This document shows, piece after piece, positions 27,021-42,219 of a stretch of 64,000 nucleotides of DNA; positions within the stretch are counted from its first letter, which is position 1, and the number at the start of each line of letters is the position of its first letter. The stretch is from Chrysomallon squamiferum. Lineage: Eukaryota > Animalia > Mollusca. Made by a program: the position numbers and the translations under genes. The DNA is taken from positions 10,912,001-10,976,000 of the forward strand of contig CM022667.1 of NCBI GenBank assembly GCA_012295275.1. The letters are read 5' to 3'. The notes under the pieces were generated by a model. The model saw only the letters and a program-made list of their open reading frames with translations. It had not been told where the DNA came from and made no database searches.

Positions 27021-27743
27021 TTTACGTATGTTTGTATATCTGTCTCTTTCTTTCATTTTGCCGGTCTGTCTTTCAGTAAGTCTGTCTGTCTGTCTGTATG
27101 TATGCATATATATATGTATGTATGTAAATATATATGTATGTATGTAAATATATATATATGTATGTATATATGTATTTATTTATTTATATATGTGTGTATA
27201 TATGTGTGTATGTTAGCGTGCAACTATGAATTTACATAAATAAATAAAAATAAATTAAAATTAAATAAAATAAAAATATATAATATATTTATTTTATAAA
27301 ACTGGTTCATTTCAGACAATTTATCAAGAAGGAACCACACCCACTTCTGTTTCCAGCTGACTGGAACCGCCCCTGGGGAGAGGCACGTGGAAAGTTTTAA
27401 TAAGAAAATTGTCAATTTCTTCTCTAAATGAAACTGTGAAATTGAAAACAGCATCCCGTTGTTTGCATGAACCGCGACCCTAAGTACATCAAACAGCACG
27501 TAGCAGCAAATTAAATATATAGTTAGATTGGGAAAAAATGCAATTTGTCACTCCTTTTCAAAGAGACACGAATGGCAAGAGGTAAGATGTTTATGCTAAT
27601 GCGAAAGAATTTTGGATAAAGTTTATACGTTCATTTTGTCTATTTCTATGATGTCAATTTGTGTCCTGTTTTTCTGTATTTGTTCTCGTGGGTACTTTTT
27701 TTATGTCTACTGTTATATTTGCTAGTCCTGATCTTGTAATGTT

Positions 27744-27996
27744 ATTACTGTTACTACTACTACTACTACTATTAGTACTACAACTACTACTACCATTAAT
27801 ATTACTACGACTTCTACTACTACAGTTACTACTATAACTACTACTGCTACTATTACTACTACTACTGCTGCTGCTGCTACTACTACTACTATTACTACTA
27901 CTATAGCTACTACTATAGCAACTACTACAACTAAATATTATTATTACTACTACCACTGTTTCTAATGGTAAAACAAATATTATTTCTACTACCATA

Positions 27997-28046
<50 letters not shown>

Positions 28047-28104
28047 TTACTATTACTATTACTACTACTTTACTACTAGTCAATACTATTATTACTCCTA
28101 TTAC
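27744..28104. repeat. Degenerate (CTA)n array
   Basis: Direct reading. Confidence 0.93.
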
Positions 28105-29404
28105 CAGCACCCCCTCTACTTACTAAATCTAAACGTACCATGATGATTATTTCCACTAGTGTTATGTTACTAGTAGCACTACTAGAACTTTCTATTACCA
28201 ATATCATAAAATATTGCTTGTTTGTTTGTTTGTTAGTTAATTATTTTATTAACTTGATTTAATTTAAAAATCTAGTCATCACAGATATAAACAAATTCTG
28301 GAAATCATTCCAGAAGAAGTATTATGTTTTTTCTAAACATGCTACTTTTTATAATCAAGAAAATCAGAGAAAGAGAAAAGAAAGAGAGAGGAGAAAAAAT
28401 GAAATGAATTTTAATGTAGTTGACTTTCAGAATTTGCCTCTTATAATCCCGTCGCTTTGAAGACGTTTTAACCCCTGCGTCCACTGTTTGTCAAATATTG
28501 TAACCAACGTCGTCGTGTTTGACGTGCATGATGATCTTGCGAAAACGTCACCTTTCGCAAACGTCGGCAACGAAATTTCTGTTTGTTTTCCATGAAACGA
28601 TCAGGCACGTTCATCTATCGCCATTTTTCTGTTGAAATCAAATCATTGGTCTACAAACGAAAATTCTTTTCAGACAAAAATGACATGTTTGTCTTTAAAA
28701 TCACGCATACGATTATTTTTTTTTCTTTTGAAAAAAATAAAAAAAAAAAAAAAAAAAAAAAAGAAAAAAAAGAAAATTTCCACATAGAAATTACGTAAGA
28801 TTTTTGTTATTGTTTTCTAAAGACGGCCTCCAGCACTTTTGTTTGAAATATAATAGACGATCGTATGTCATGGGTTTCATTTCACAAACAAACAAACGAA
28901 AAAAAAAAAAAGGTATAACTCGCTTCGGTTGAACAGACGTGCAAATTATTCATCCCTCATTCGGTCCCGTTTGCTGTATGGGGGGGGGGATTGAAACTTA
29001 CGTAACAATCTGGCGTTTTATCGTCACGGTGCAAAGTACAATTGAAACAAGACACCGGGCCAAGATGTCCATTTCACGACGTTACGTCACACGATTCTTT
29101 TCATTACGTTAAATCACTATAGAAATGGGCAAGTGTTTTATTTCATAGAGTAGCGCCCCACCCCCCACCCCCTGCAGTACCTTACCCTACCATCTGTTCT
29201 CGATACACACATCACGTAATATAAATTCGGATAACCTAATGATTCAGGGGCGGTCCCGCGGTCTGGGCCAGGAAAAAAAAAAAAAAAAAGAGGCAAAAAT
29301 AGAAGGGAAGTTTTTTTTTGTAAAACTGTTCCTAAAAACATTATTTTTGAATTTTCTTTTTTGTTTTTTGAGATGAAGTATATGTTTCTTGACAAATCTA
29401 AACT

Positions 29405-29447
<43 letters not shown>

Positions 29448-29596
29448 TTATTATTATTATTTCATTTTTGTTTTTGTTTTTAATTTTCTAGTACCTGAAC
29501 AGACAAACATACAAGACATTTGAAATAATTATAAGCCTAAGTCTTAGCTGAGAATATCACATATATAATAAATTTTGAAGTTTAAACGTAATATAA

Positions 29597-29677
<81 letters not shown>

Positions 29678-29833
29678 AAGAATCTGAATATCATTTTAAT
29701 TTCTAAATTTAATAACAAAAAGATTAAAATAATTATTTTTTAATATCTCACAAACAAAAAAACTCAACAACAAAGTGAAACATTACTTTCTATAACTCAG
29801 CAATAAAATTAAATATTATTAAACAACAATTAG

Positions 29834-29867
<34 letters not shown>

Positions 29868-30609
29868 GACGTCTTCTCCTGCTTCAAAACAAACACGCAC
29901 GTGCTGCACACGTGTTTTAATTTACTGTCAATCATACCAGGATCATGTTAATTATTTACACACACACACAACATCTTCCATAACGTTCTTTCTTAATTAA
30001 AAACGTCATCGCCGCCGGCTTCAAAACAAAGCCGTCCATTGATATATAAATGTTACTCAACTAACGTGAAACATACGCGATGATGTAAAAGACAAAACCA
30101 TAAGAGCCCTTCCCTGGATATCACCCCCACGTGAATGAATATCTATTCATGACCCCACATGGAGTAGCAATTATCATGCAATAAATGCCATATATTAATG
30201 GGTAAGCATATACTGTATACTTATTTAGTTTATTAACGAGTTTGAAGATAATGTTTTACAGTTATCAGTTTCAGCTGAAATTAACGATTTTAAGATGTTG
30301 GACATTTTAAGATATTTTTGACACTTAAAGAAAAAAAGAAAAAAAAAAAAGAAGAGATCTACTATTTTTTTTTTTTTTTTTTTTTTTTTTGATTTATCAA
30401 ATGAGATGCCACTAGTCTAGTATGTAAAGAAATACTAAAGATTAGATTGAGTGATGTATGCGGTGATTTTAAATAAATAAATTTGATATAAAAATTATTA
30501 AGAAAGAAAAAAGAATTTGGTTGCATTGGAATGAAATATATTTATTTTTGTTTTGCAAATAACATTTTTATAACTTTTATTTATTTATTTATAAATTTAT
30601 TTATTATTA

Positions 30610-30689
<80 letters not shown>

Positions 30690-30808
30690 TTTATTGTTGT
30701 TGTTATTATTATTACCATTACTATATTTTGTTTTTTAAATATTATTTTAGTTTTTTTTTTTTTTTAAAATAAATTATTTATTTCAGTGTCTCTCTCATCA
30801 TCATCATC

Positions 30809-30862
<54 letters not shown>

Positions 30863-31987
30863 ACACACACACACACACATACAAACACACACATACACAT
30901 ACCCACATACTAACTTTACCTATAACAATGACGACAATTAATATATCATTAAATACGCAACTCTTACATGCATGTTATCCAATTCTAAACTGCTGCCCAC
31001 ACAGATAAAAAGTATTACCATAGTAATGAATCGCTATGCCTATTTAGAGAACTTAAATATATAGGCATTTCAGCGTAAGGTATAATTATCCCTACAAATT
31101 TATTTCTAGCTTTACAAAGTTGCAGTTTTTCTCACCCTACCTGGATTCTGAGAACAAAAGAGAGAGAGAGAAACAACAAATAAGAAAAACGTGAAAAGAA
31201 ACACATAAGAAATGAACAAATAAACGATAATTATAGAGAGAGAAAAAAAAGTAATTTATAATGAAAGAACAAACACATAAGAAAATAAAAAAAAAAAAAT
31301 ATATATATAACTGAAAAGAAATAGAATACATAACACAAAAAAAAAAAAAAAATATATATAACAGAAAAGAGAAGAAGAAGAAAAACTAAATAATAGAAAC
31401 GAAAGAACGAAACAGCAACGGAACATAAATACTTTGTTCATTATCCAGTGAAATTTACATCAATGACGTAACGTCGCTGACATTTAAAGATCTATTTCCC
31501 CCCACCCACCCCCGTTACTGGTGCCAACCATCAATTTAAGATTACTAATTGCATGATTTCATAAAAAAAAAAAAAAAAAAAAAAAGTTTGAACAAGAAAA
31601 GAAAAAGAAATTCGCGATCTGTGCATCGTTTTATGACGTCTAGCGCGAAAATGAAGACTAATTACCGCCCGTTATCGTGCTGTAATCTTCCGCCCTATTA
31701 TTACGCAATGAAATTGACACGTTGTAATTTAGGGCCTAATCTGCAATAATTGTGGGAACAGATTTCATCTTCTTTATGATTATTTTTATGTTTGTTTCTT
31801 GTGTTGTGTAGCTGTACGTACTGTGAATGTAATTTGTCGATCGAAAACAGGATTATTTCCCTCGCCCCAACATCATCGCTGTTGGTGATTTTTCTTACGT
31901 ATTCTGTCACGTGATTCTGATGCTGGTTATAAGATGAATAACATTTTTGAATTTTTACTTTTATATGTTTAATTTTTGTATTTAATT

Positions 31988-32037
<50 letters not shown>

Positions 32038-32293
32038 TTAAATTCTGTTTAATCAGTTTTATTATTTTAAATCAGATATTTACTTCGTTTCTGAATAAAT
32101 AATAATAATAAAAAAATGTTTCCTTTATTTATTTAATTATTTATTTTTATTTGTTTCTTAATCATATATATTTATCTATTTCTTTCTTTACTGACATTTT
32201 TTATTGTTTCCTTTATTTGCTTATCAATTTATGTGTATATTCAGATTAATAATACGAATCGATTTATAAAATAAACATCAGTTATGCTCGTTT

Positions 32294-32294
<1 letters not shown>

Positions 32295-32325
<31 letters not shown>

Positions 32326-32640
32326 ATACTACTACTACTACTACTAATATAACTGCTACTACTGCTACTATTACTACTACTATTGCTAAAAAACTGCTCC
32401 TACTATCACTACTGCTACTACTACTAACACTACAGCTACTACTATTGCTCCTATTACTACCACTATTGCTACGACTGCTGCTACTACCACTACTAATGCC
32501 ACTACTACTACTACTAGTACTACTAGCAATATTGCTATTACTGCTGCTACTATTACCACTGCTTTTATTATCAGTACATTGATTTTAATAACGTCTCCCA
32601 CAGGTACTGTTACTGCTTCTACAACAACTACTGCTACTAA
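32295..32640. repeat. Degenerate (CTA)n array
   Basis: Direct reading. Confidence 0.93.
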
Positions 32641-33949
32641 AAACAACATCCATCATCCAAAAGAAGAAGAAGAAGAAGAAGAAAAAAAAAAATAAAAAAT
32701 AAAATAAAATAAAATAAAATAAAAAAAACAACAAAAAACATTGTTTTTCGATGAATTCAAAATATATTTTGTTTGTGGTCACGTGACATCAGCCTCGTGG
32801 TTTCTATAACATTTATTCATTTCTTCGTTCGTTGATTCATTTATTCTATCACTCCATTTTGTAGATGTTCACTTTTGACGTTGGAACCATTAAGAGAAAG
32901 AAGAAGAAGCAAGGAAAAGAAGAAGAGGAAAAAAGAAGAAATAATTACACTGCCATGTTTATTTTACAGTTCATATTTTCGTTTTCACGAAATGAATTAT
33001 TATTTTTCTTCAAGAATAATTGCTTTATCGTTTCCAATCTTAACATTTACCTATGAAAATAATCAACAAACACTTTTGATAACAGCAAAATCTTCTTTTC
33101 CGCAAAGTTCATGACCCGGCACGTGCGTCAGGCTGGAAAGCGCGCTTTGATTCCGTCGGATATCGGAAATGTCCGTATGTGACGAGTCGCCTCCGCCATA
33201 CGTGTGTGTTGATGAGACAAACCAAGAGAAATTATGTTTGTTTAACTGCGAGTCGTAAATAATTATTAATCGTTGAAAGATAATTTATAGCATTTAATAA
33301 TTAAATAATAACAAATACTATCATAATAATAATAATAATAATCATCATCATCATCATCACTGTAATAATAAATGAATAAATAAATAAAATAAAATAAAAT
33401 AAAATAAGTAAATAAATAATAAAAAATAAAAAATAAATAAATAAAAAATAAAATTAAAATAAAATAAAAGAATGAATGAAAGAAATAAAACAAAGAAGAA
33501 AAGAACAAAAAGAAAGAAGAATGAATAAAAATGAAACATTCCTCGGACAAATGATGAAGTAGAGATGTGTAGATGGATGCAGTGTTTATGTTTGATCTTT
33601 TCTATCATTTCTTTCTCTCTCCCTCTCTTTTTTTTTTCTTTCCAGATTTTGATAACAGTAATAGCTGTAGTAGTAAAAAGAATATATATTTTTTAAATAT
33701 CACCTGAAACATTTCATCACAAACAAACAAACAAAAATATTAAAACATTTTTTTATTTTTTTATTATTATTATTTTAAATCAAAAACAAAATTAAAACAA
33801 TTAAACATTATCCATTGCATTCCAAGACACCTAATCAAATTAAAGACATTATTATTTTGTTTAATAAGCATATGTCAACAATTTGAATAGAGCACTAGCG
33901 ACGCAAACAACAACAACAACAACAGCAGCAGCAGTAGTAGTAATAGTAA

Positions 33950-33987
<38 letters not shown>

Positions 33988-36391
33988 ATAGTAGTAACAA
34001 TAATAACTATAATAATAATAATATTAATAACAAAAACAAAATCGATTATTACAACAAAAACTGTACGTAAAATAATATTATTCTGAATTAGGCGTTTCAA
34101 AATAAAGACCTGAAAAAAGTAGAAAAATAAATAAATAAAAAAGTTAATTGAATATAATTCAATGCCGATCATCATCAACTTGTCGCTTCTTATTTCTTTT
34201 CTTCTCGCGCGTACAAACTGAACGTCGCGTGCCATAGTCTTCTTAAAAACCTTTCACGCCTCGTTTGAAGCAAATCGCAAAGCAAAAAATCCATCTCCTT
34301 TGATAGAACTGAGACATATGTCAGTCTGACGGCCTTTCAGAACTTATCAAAACAAATTAAACTTTCATCTCTCCAACATGGCCCCCGTAGTAACAAGCTA
34401 GACGATATGAAAGCCCTCTCCATTTCTAGAGTCGCCTATCGAGCCTCGTTATCGCGATAACCCAGCATGCACAGCGCGCGTTAGATGGCAGTTGTTAAAA
34501 TAAAATAAAATAATGTTACAAGGGAGTATAATTATTAAGTATAACAGATGTAAGCATTTCCAAGGAGACGTGCTGTTTTGTTTGTTGTCTAATGGTTTTG
34601 TTGAAGCGATTTGATAGATAATTTTATAGATAATTAGCAAGAGGTCTTTCACATCATTTCTATGGATATGGAGGGACATTCCTACCAAGACCTGTTATAT
34701 GTCATTCGTCCAATATTAGCTGGAATGGGAAAAATCCTAAAAGACACGACCTAAAATTGTAGTACATGCGAATCAGCTATATGGTTCTGTTTATTCTGCT
34801 AGTATCACAGATGCTGTAACTGCTACATCTGATTTTACTGCTACTACTGTGACTACTATTACAGCTACTACTACTACCACTACTACTGCTATTACTACAA
34901 ACTACAACTTCTATAACTACTACTATAACTTCTGTTATTACTATTGTACTGCTACCATTACCATTACTACCACTTTTTTACTGCTACTACTACTTCTACC
35001 ACGGCCACTAGTACAACCTCTACTGTGACTACTACTACAACTGCTTCACCTCCTATTACTACTACTACCACTACATTGCTGTTGTTAACATTATCGTTGT
35101 TGTTGATGATGCTGTCATCATCATCATCACCATTATCACAATCACCATCACAATTTATCATCACAGTCATCATTAAAAATCTGTTTTTGTTTTCGCTGGC
35201 TGCTGTGGTATGTGGTGAATGTCAGCCACGTGTTTTCTGCATTCCACTACGACTACGACAACACACAAATCTGAAAATGTTTGAATTCCGAGCAAATATG
35301 TAAAACCATAATGCAATGTTGCAAATAAGACCGCGCAAACAAGACAGCGCAGCCTCGCTTTGAACGTTCTTACATCCGGGCGTTGTCGAGGACTTTTTAA
35401 ACAGTGAAGCGTAGCGCTGTTTACAGATATCCTGATTATTAAAATGTTTAAAGCAGAGGTTCCAGTGAGGTGAAGGGGGGGGGAAGGTACAGACATATCC
35501 CTGAATCCTCTATTTACTTATGAGAATAAAAAATAAATTTTTTTAAAAAATTTAAATTTAAAATAAAAAAAAAAAATTAAAAAATTAACAAAAAAGAAAA
35601 CAATGATATTTAAATTAATGATAATGATTATGATGATTGATAATAATATCAATATGAACAACAAAAAGCAACGATCGTTTGATTTTGATGATGATGATAT
35701 TTAAAATAAAACAGCTACAAAGGTTTGTTTTTCTTGGAAAAAAAAAAAAATAAAAAAAAAATGTTGGTTGGTAAGAAAGAAGATAATATTAATGAATGAA
35801 GGAAAACAAATTTTGAAAAATAAATAAGAACGATGAATGAAAGAGAATAAATAAATAAATAAATAAAAAAATAATAATAAATAAATAAATAAATAAAATA
35901 AAATAAAATAAATAAAAATAAAAAAAAAATAAAATAAAAAAAAATAAAAAAAAAATAATACGGATCTCTCCTTGGTATTTTTTTTTTAAATTTTTTTATT
36001 TTATTTATTTATTTTTTAAATTCAAATATAAAATAGTTATTAACTCTATCGAAACATATTTAGAGTTATCTGACCTTGTCAGAACACGTGCAAATATTTC
36101 TCGTTCATTCTCGTTCTTTTTTTTTTTTTTTTTTTTTTTTGGAGATTCATGTAGCCGTACATACAAGACACGACCAACCGATAAAAAAGATGACATTTGA
36201 GAGAACAACATGGCCGCGATATGCAGATAACTGCGTTACCGCGGTATATGACAAGCGAGATAAGAAATTTCCACAGAAACTCTCCTCTCCGCTCATTAGT
36301 GGGTTCAGACCTTCCGGCTTCTCCGCTGAAAGCCGTCCGATGAAATTAAACAATGAGTTAGTAGCCAGAACATTTCGGGGATAAAAGCAGC

Positions 36392-36424
<33 letters not shown>

Positions 36425-36996
36425 AACATGTGTCAGAAACATTCGACGTCGGCAAAATGTCAACGTCAGTGTTTATCACGTGCGCACGAGATTTAACGCG
36501 GGTTCGACGTATTGCGATAAAAATAAAAATAAAAAAAATAAAAAAAATAAAAACCAAAATGGCGGATCAGCAGACGTGAAGAGAAATTAATGCACGCCAG
36601 AACATCTTATCAACGCAAGTGTGAAGAATGGTGAAAAACTTGCTAAAATTTGCCAAGATTAAAAGAAATAATGAAGACGAACTTTTATCGTCGAAGAGAA
36701 CACAGAAATATACAAATAGCTCGAGACATTTAGATACGCAGCGACAGTATCTAGGGGAGGGGCTCTTGATAGCTTCTAATCTCTCGCGTTTTACGAGAGA
36801 TGCGCGAGAGTTCACTGTCGTAAATAAATGTTGTGTTAATAATAAAAATAAATCTTAAAGAAAAAAAAAAAGATGAAGAAAAAAAAAGAAAAAGAAAAAA
36901 GATAATAATGATGATGACGACGAAAAGAAAACCACCACCACCACCACCACCACTACTACTACTACAAATAATAACAACAACAACAACAACAACAAC

Positions 36997-37039
<43 letters not shown>

Positions 37040-37429
37040 GGAATATAATGATGACATATTCAAGTTTTATAAAGATAATAATAATTATAATATGATAATA
37101 AAAAATATATATTGTTTTTCGAAAAACCTTTCTAATGAGACCATTTGAACCGGTACTGAATCATTTGTTCATTTGTCACTTAATCATTCATTCATTCAGT
37201 TATTATTATTATTATTATTATTATTGTTGTTGTTGTTGTTGTTTTAGTTGTTGTCGTTGTTGTGTTAATGTTGTCATTAATGATATTGTTAATTTTTTTT
37301 TTTTTTTATTATGTTGATTATTATTATATAGTAGCATCCACAATAGTTATAGCAATATACTAGTAGTAGTTGTAGTAGTGGTGGCAGTTGTTGCTGTTTT
37401 GGTTGTTATTAAAAATAAATTGTTTATTA

Positions 37430-37489
<60 letters not shown>

Positions 37490-38631
37490 ATGAACAGTTT
37501 TTCATCTTCCCCGCCTTTCTCTGTTATTTATAAAGGTAACATATTTTATTTCTAATCAAGTTACATTTCAGAAAGTGTCGGCTTCGTTTCAAATGAAATT
37601 AACAAAAAAAGGTTACGAATAGTTTCGAAACTAAGTCAACCACGTGTTCAACGTCGGCGACCCTCTGACAACGTTTTGAACCGCTAGACGACAACCACAA
37701 CGCGAAGAAAGAATTCTTCTTCCCTTTCAGCCGATGTTTGCCTATTTCTAAACGATATTTACAATCAGGGGGCCAAAAATTGCTCCAAAATGGCAGAAAA
37801 CAAAAAATGGTTAAACAAAGAGTACTCAAACGAACGGGGGAAATTTCGTCGCCGAAATATGACATAAACGAACATTCCCACGTGCCGGGAATATCCGCCA
37901 ATCTGCGCGTGCCTCGCGCGCTTGTCCATAGCGAAATTAGGGGAGAAGAATGTTGTCGGCTTCGTCTGCCGGTGCGACAGTTCCCGTCCCCTCGTGGTTG
38001 AGAAGGTCTTCACGCACGGGACATGACGGTGTCTACAAATATGAACAACCTAATGGACATCGCCTCAGCGCGCCAAATTTTATGTACTCTGGACGCGAAT
38101 TGGACAAAAGAATCATTTTTCTCTCGAGGAGACAGTTGTCCGCCAAAACCGCGTCGACAACAAATGGCGGCAAGCCACGAAAGCAGACGGCTGCGGCGGT
38201 ACAGGCCAGGAAGTGAAATTTACATTCTTTTCGTTTCTGAAACGAAATTCCACCTCGTGTGGTTCCCATCTATATGTCGTGTTTCTTTATCATCTTTTTT
38301 TTTTTCTTATTTGTTTCTTTGTTTCTTCTTCTTCTTCTTTGTCTACTTCTTTTTATTTTTATCTATATAGTTTTTTGTTTCTTGTTTCACCTTCTTTCTT
38401 CTTTTTTTTTCTTTTTCAGTTTTCTTCTTTCTTTCTTCTTATTTTTTAATCTATATTCTTTTTTCGTTTTCTTTCTTCGTTTTTCAAATTCTATATATTT
38501 TTTTTTTTTTAACTACGGCTGTCAACATGATGAAAACATCAAAATGTTTCAAAATATCGGACAGCTTGTGAGCAACGTTAATCCTGATTTTAACAAGTTA
38601 TTTATTTTTGCCCTACATGTGACTCACTAAA

Positions 38632-38823
38632 CATTCTTCTAGTGTATTTAAGGGTGAGGCTTATAACCTTATAAACTATCTGTTTTGTTTTTAATTTTAA
38701 TATAATAAGTGTGCTTTAACATATTTATGAATATAGGTGAGGCTTATATTAATAAACTCTTAAGCCGTGTATAATTTATTAATATAAGCTTCACCTGTTT
38801 TATACAACCACTACATTAGAATG
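38632..38823. mobile_element. MITE-like foldback remnant
   Basis: AGGTGAGGCTTATATTAATAAA (38735-38756) is inverted at 38775-38796 with one mismatch. A third GGTGAGGCTTATA copy lies at ~38653. Outer ends are CATTCT...AGAATG. Confidence 0.5.
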
Positions 38824-38829
38824 GATTTG

Positions 38830-38877
<48 letters not shown>

Positions 38878-39019
38878 CCTATCTATATTTATTTATATTT
38901 ATATAGAGGAAGAAAGAGAGAAAGAGAGTGAGGGATATATAGAGACAGATAGACATATATAGATATAGATATATATAAATTAATAATGATTATAATAATA
39001 GCCATATATGTGTAAAAGA

Positions 39020-39372
39020 ATTAATAGTAATAACAATAACATTAGTAGCAGCAGCAGTGGTGATGTTATAGTAAAGTAGGTAAAGAAGTAGGAGTTGTGG
39101 TAGCTGTAGTTGTAGCAGTTACAATAACTTTAGTGACAGCAGTGGGGGTTGCGTTGATGTTGTGATCGCATTGGTGGTTGAAGTAGGATGATGGTGATGA
39201 TGATGAATAATGAAACCATAATTATGTAGTAATAGTACTAGTGGTAGTATTAGTATCAGTAGCTGAAGTAGTAGTAGTGGAAATAATACTATAGTAGTAG
39301 TAGTAGTAGTAGTTGTAGCAGAGGTAGCAGTGGTGGTAATAGCTGTAGTAGTAGCAGTATCAACAGTAATAA
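39020..39372. repeat. Degenerate (GTA)n low-complexity array
   Basis: Direct reading. Confidence 0.85.
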
Positions 39373-39479
39373 TTTTTTGCAGATATAGTTATGAAAAATT
39401 TCTTTTAATTTGTAAGAGAATGTAATAATAATAATAATAATAATTAAATGTAAAATAAAAGTATTCAAAAGTTCTAATG

Positions 39480-39500
39480 CTGGGTATCGAACCCATAACC
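39480..39500 (-). mobile_element. tRNA T-arm / B-box-like fragment
   Basis: Minus strand GGTTA-TGGG-TTCGATA-CCCA-G; no other tRNA arms found. Confidence 0.25.
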
Positions 39501-40532
39501 TCTTTCTCTATCTCTATCTCTGTCTTTTCCTTTCTTGTACATTCCAGCCTGTCATTAAAACTAGATACAAAAATGTGTGCATTTCCCGGAATTTTTTTGC
39601 AAACCACTGTCTGCCTCCGTCAAATAAGTGTTTTTCCTGCCAAATCTACATTTCCACGGAAGCTCAACAAATTTTACAAATTTTATCAACACCGCGTCGT
39701 TTTTACGAATATTTATAATTTATTTTTTCGCTAAATCAAAGAATTACTGTTGGTTGGGTCTCCATATTTGCTCATTTGCTCGTTTTAAACAAAGCGACGA
39801 CGGAATGAACAAGTTTTCTTCTGTGCCTCACTTCAAAGAGAGACTGTTTTATATCTACACCGACTATTGTCCGATCCACCACAAAAACTCGGTCCTGTGC
39901 CATTTCGCATTTGTCGTGCCTGGCGCCGAAGCGAAAAAGATGAAAAGTATCTATAAACATTAAAACACGGCATAAATAATAGTTTCCCTGAGTTTAACAT
40001 GGCAGTGTATTTTTTGAAGTCCAAATATACAAGCTACGGGGTTTGACGTAATACTAAATTTACAAGTGTGTGTTTAAATTGCGGCTCTTAACGGGGTTTA
40101 TCGGTGCACCGCTTTTTTTTTTTTTGCTGTTCTTTTTTTTGTTTTCGGCGAAACATAAAATAAGTAAATTATGTCCATACCCATGACTTCAGAAGCGAAA
40201 TAATAAAGGGTAAGATATATAGAGAGTTGACTTTGCGTGGTATAAATATAAAGAGGCCTGTCGGTAATACATCAAGACAAAAAGAGGTTTAAATAATAAA
40301 ATAAAATTGGGGAAAAAAAATAAAATAAAATAACAAGAGAGAAAAGAAATAAGGTGGAAATTGGCCCGAGATAATAAATTTAATATTAATGTATTTCGTA
40401 AGATAGATTTCGTTTTTGAAGTTGTTGATTTATTTTTGCGTTTTTCAGTTTTTGTCTTTGGTTATATATCAGTGTGTGTTTGTATGTGAATGTGTATGTA
40501 TGTATGTATATATGTATGTATGTATTTATGTG

Positions 40533-40573
<41 letters not shown>

Positions 40574-40602
40574 TTATTTTTGTATGTATGTATGTATGTA
40601 TG

Positions 40603-40638
<36 letters not shown>

Positions 40639-40964
40639 TACGTATTTATGTGTGTATGTATGTGTGTGTATGTTTTGCGTGCGTATGTGTGTGAGACAGA
40701 GAAAGAGAGATGGAAGAAGAAAAATAGAAATTGTAGAAGCTACAGATTAAGAGAAAATTTAAGAGATAGCTATTAAGAACTAGACAGATAGTTAGATAAA
40801 TAAATATAGATATACAGACAGATATAGATTAATGTTTATTAACGTTCTATTAAATACAATAATAATAACAGTTACAACAGCAAGACCACCAATACCACAC
40901 CACCACCACCACCACCACCACCACCACCAACACCACCACCAACAACAACAACAACAACAACAAC

Positions 40965-41045
<81 letters not shown>

Positions 41046-42164
41046 AGTAACCGTTCTATAAACTGTTGTTCTGATCGTTCGTTACAAATCTGTAATCCAC
41101 CCGTCTTATTTGTCTCATCCATCCGCTTTACCCACGTCAGTATCCATCACAAAATACCCCACCAAACAGGTGCTGAACAAGATACCCCGAGTATGTTCTG
41201 GCAGCGTTTTTCGGTCGCCTCAAAATCCGACACGGATCAAAAATAAATTGTTTAAAGAGAACAGGCAACAAAAGAAAAATGTATGTTTGTGACACATTTA
41301 AAGCGTAATAAACCATACACTGACACTGCGACCAGTGTATAATTTTCATTTCCAAAAGCCAAGGGTTAAGATTACTTGATACATCGTACGTAAGAAAAAT
41401 AAACTTAAGCAATGCGATACAGCGGTAGAAAACAAAGCCAAAAAAAAAAAAAAAAAAAAAAGTACCCCACTTATACGTGTGTCATGCAAGGATGCTTTCT
41501 TTATGGCATCTTTTTATGAAGAAAAAGTTTTAAAAAAGAAATAACTTGTAATAAAATATTTCAAAAAAAAAAAAAAAAAAAAAAAAAGAAGCCCTTACAA
41601 ACAAAAAAATCACGAAATAGATTTAAAATAAAATAAATGATAAAAGAAAAATGCCAAGAAATCGTAGCCTTTGACTGTTGATATAAACACGCGACCTTTG
41701 ACATCACGAGATGATTATATATGCCGATTGTTTGGCAGATCAAATACAAAGCTCTTTGTCCAGTAGCGTTCATGCGTGTATGGTTACATATATCATACTT
41801 ATTTTCCACTTTTGATGGTTGTTTTCTAACAAGTTTGATTTCACATTTGTTCGCTTGAATCTTTGTGACGCCAGAATAGAAATATAGATCTTAATGTTAC
41901 CTCTATGAAATATATCAACATTTTTGAATGATATCTATTTAACGCTGATTTTTTTTTTTTTTTTTTTTTTTTTCTATTTTATTTGTTTGCCTGTGGGAAA
42001 AGAACTATATATATATATTTTTAAACAAAATACTCTGAAATTGAGGTATGAGTTTTCAACACCAGTTTGAGTAATTACATAAAAAAAAAAAAAAAAAAAG
42101 TAGAAAAAAGTAATAAATAATAAAATAAAATAAAATAAAATAAATAAATAAATAAATAAAGAGT

Positions 42165-42195
<31 letters not shown>

Positions 42196-42219
42196 CATTT
42201 ATGGTTTTATTGATGATGA

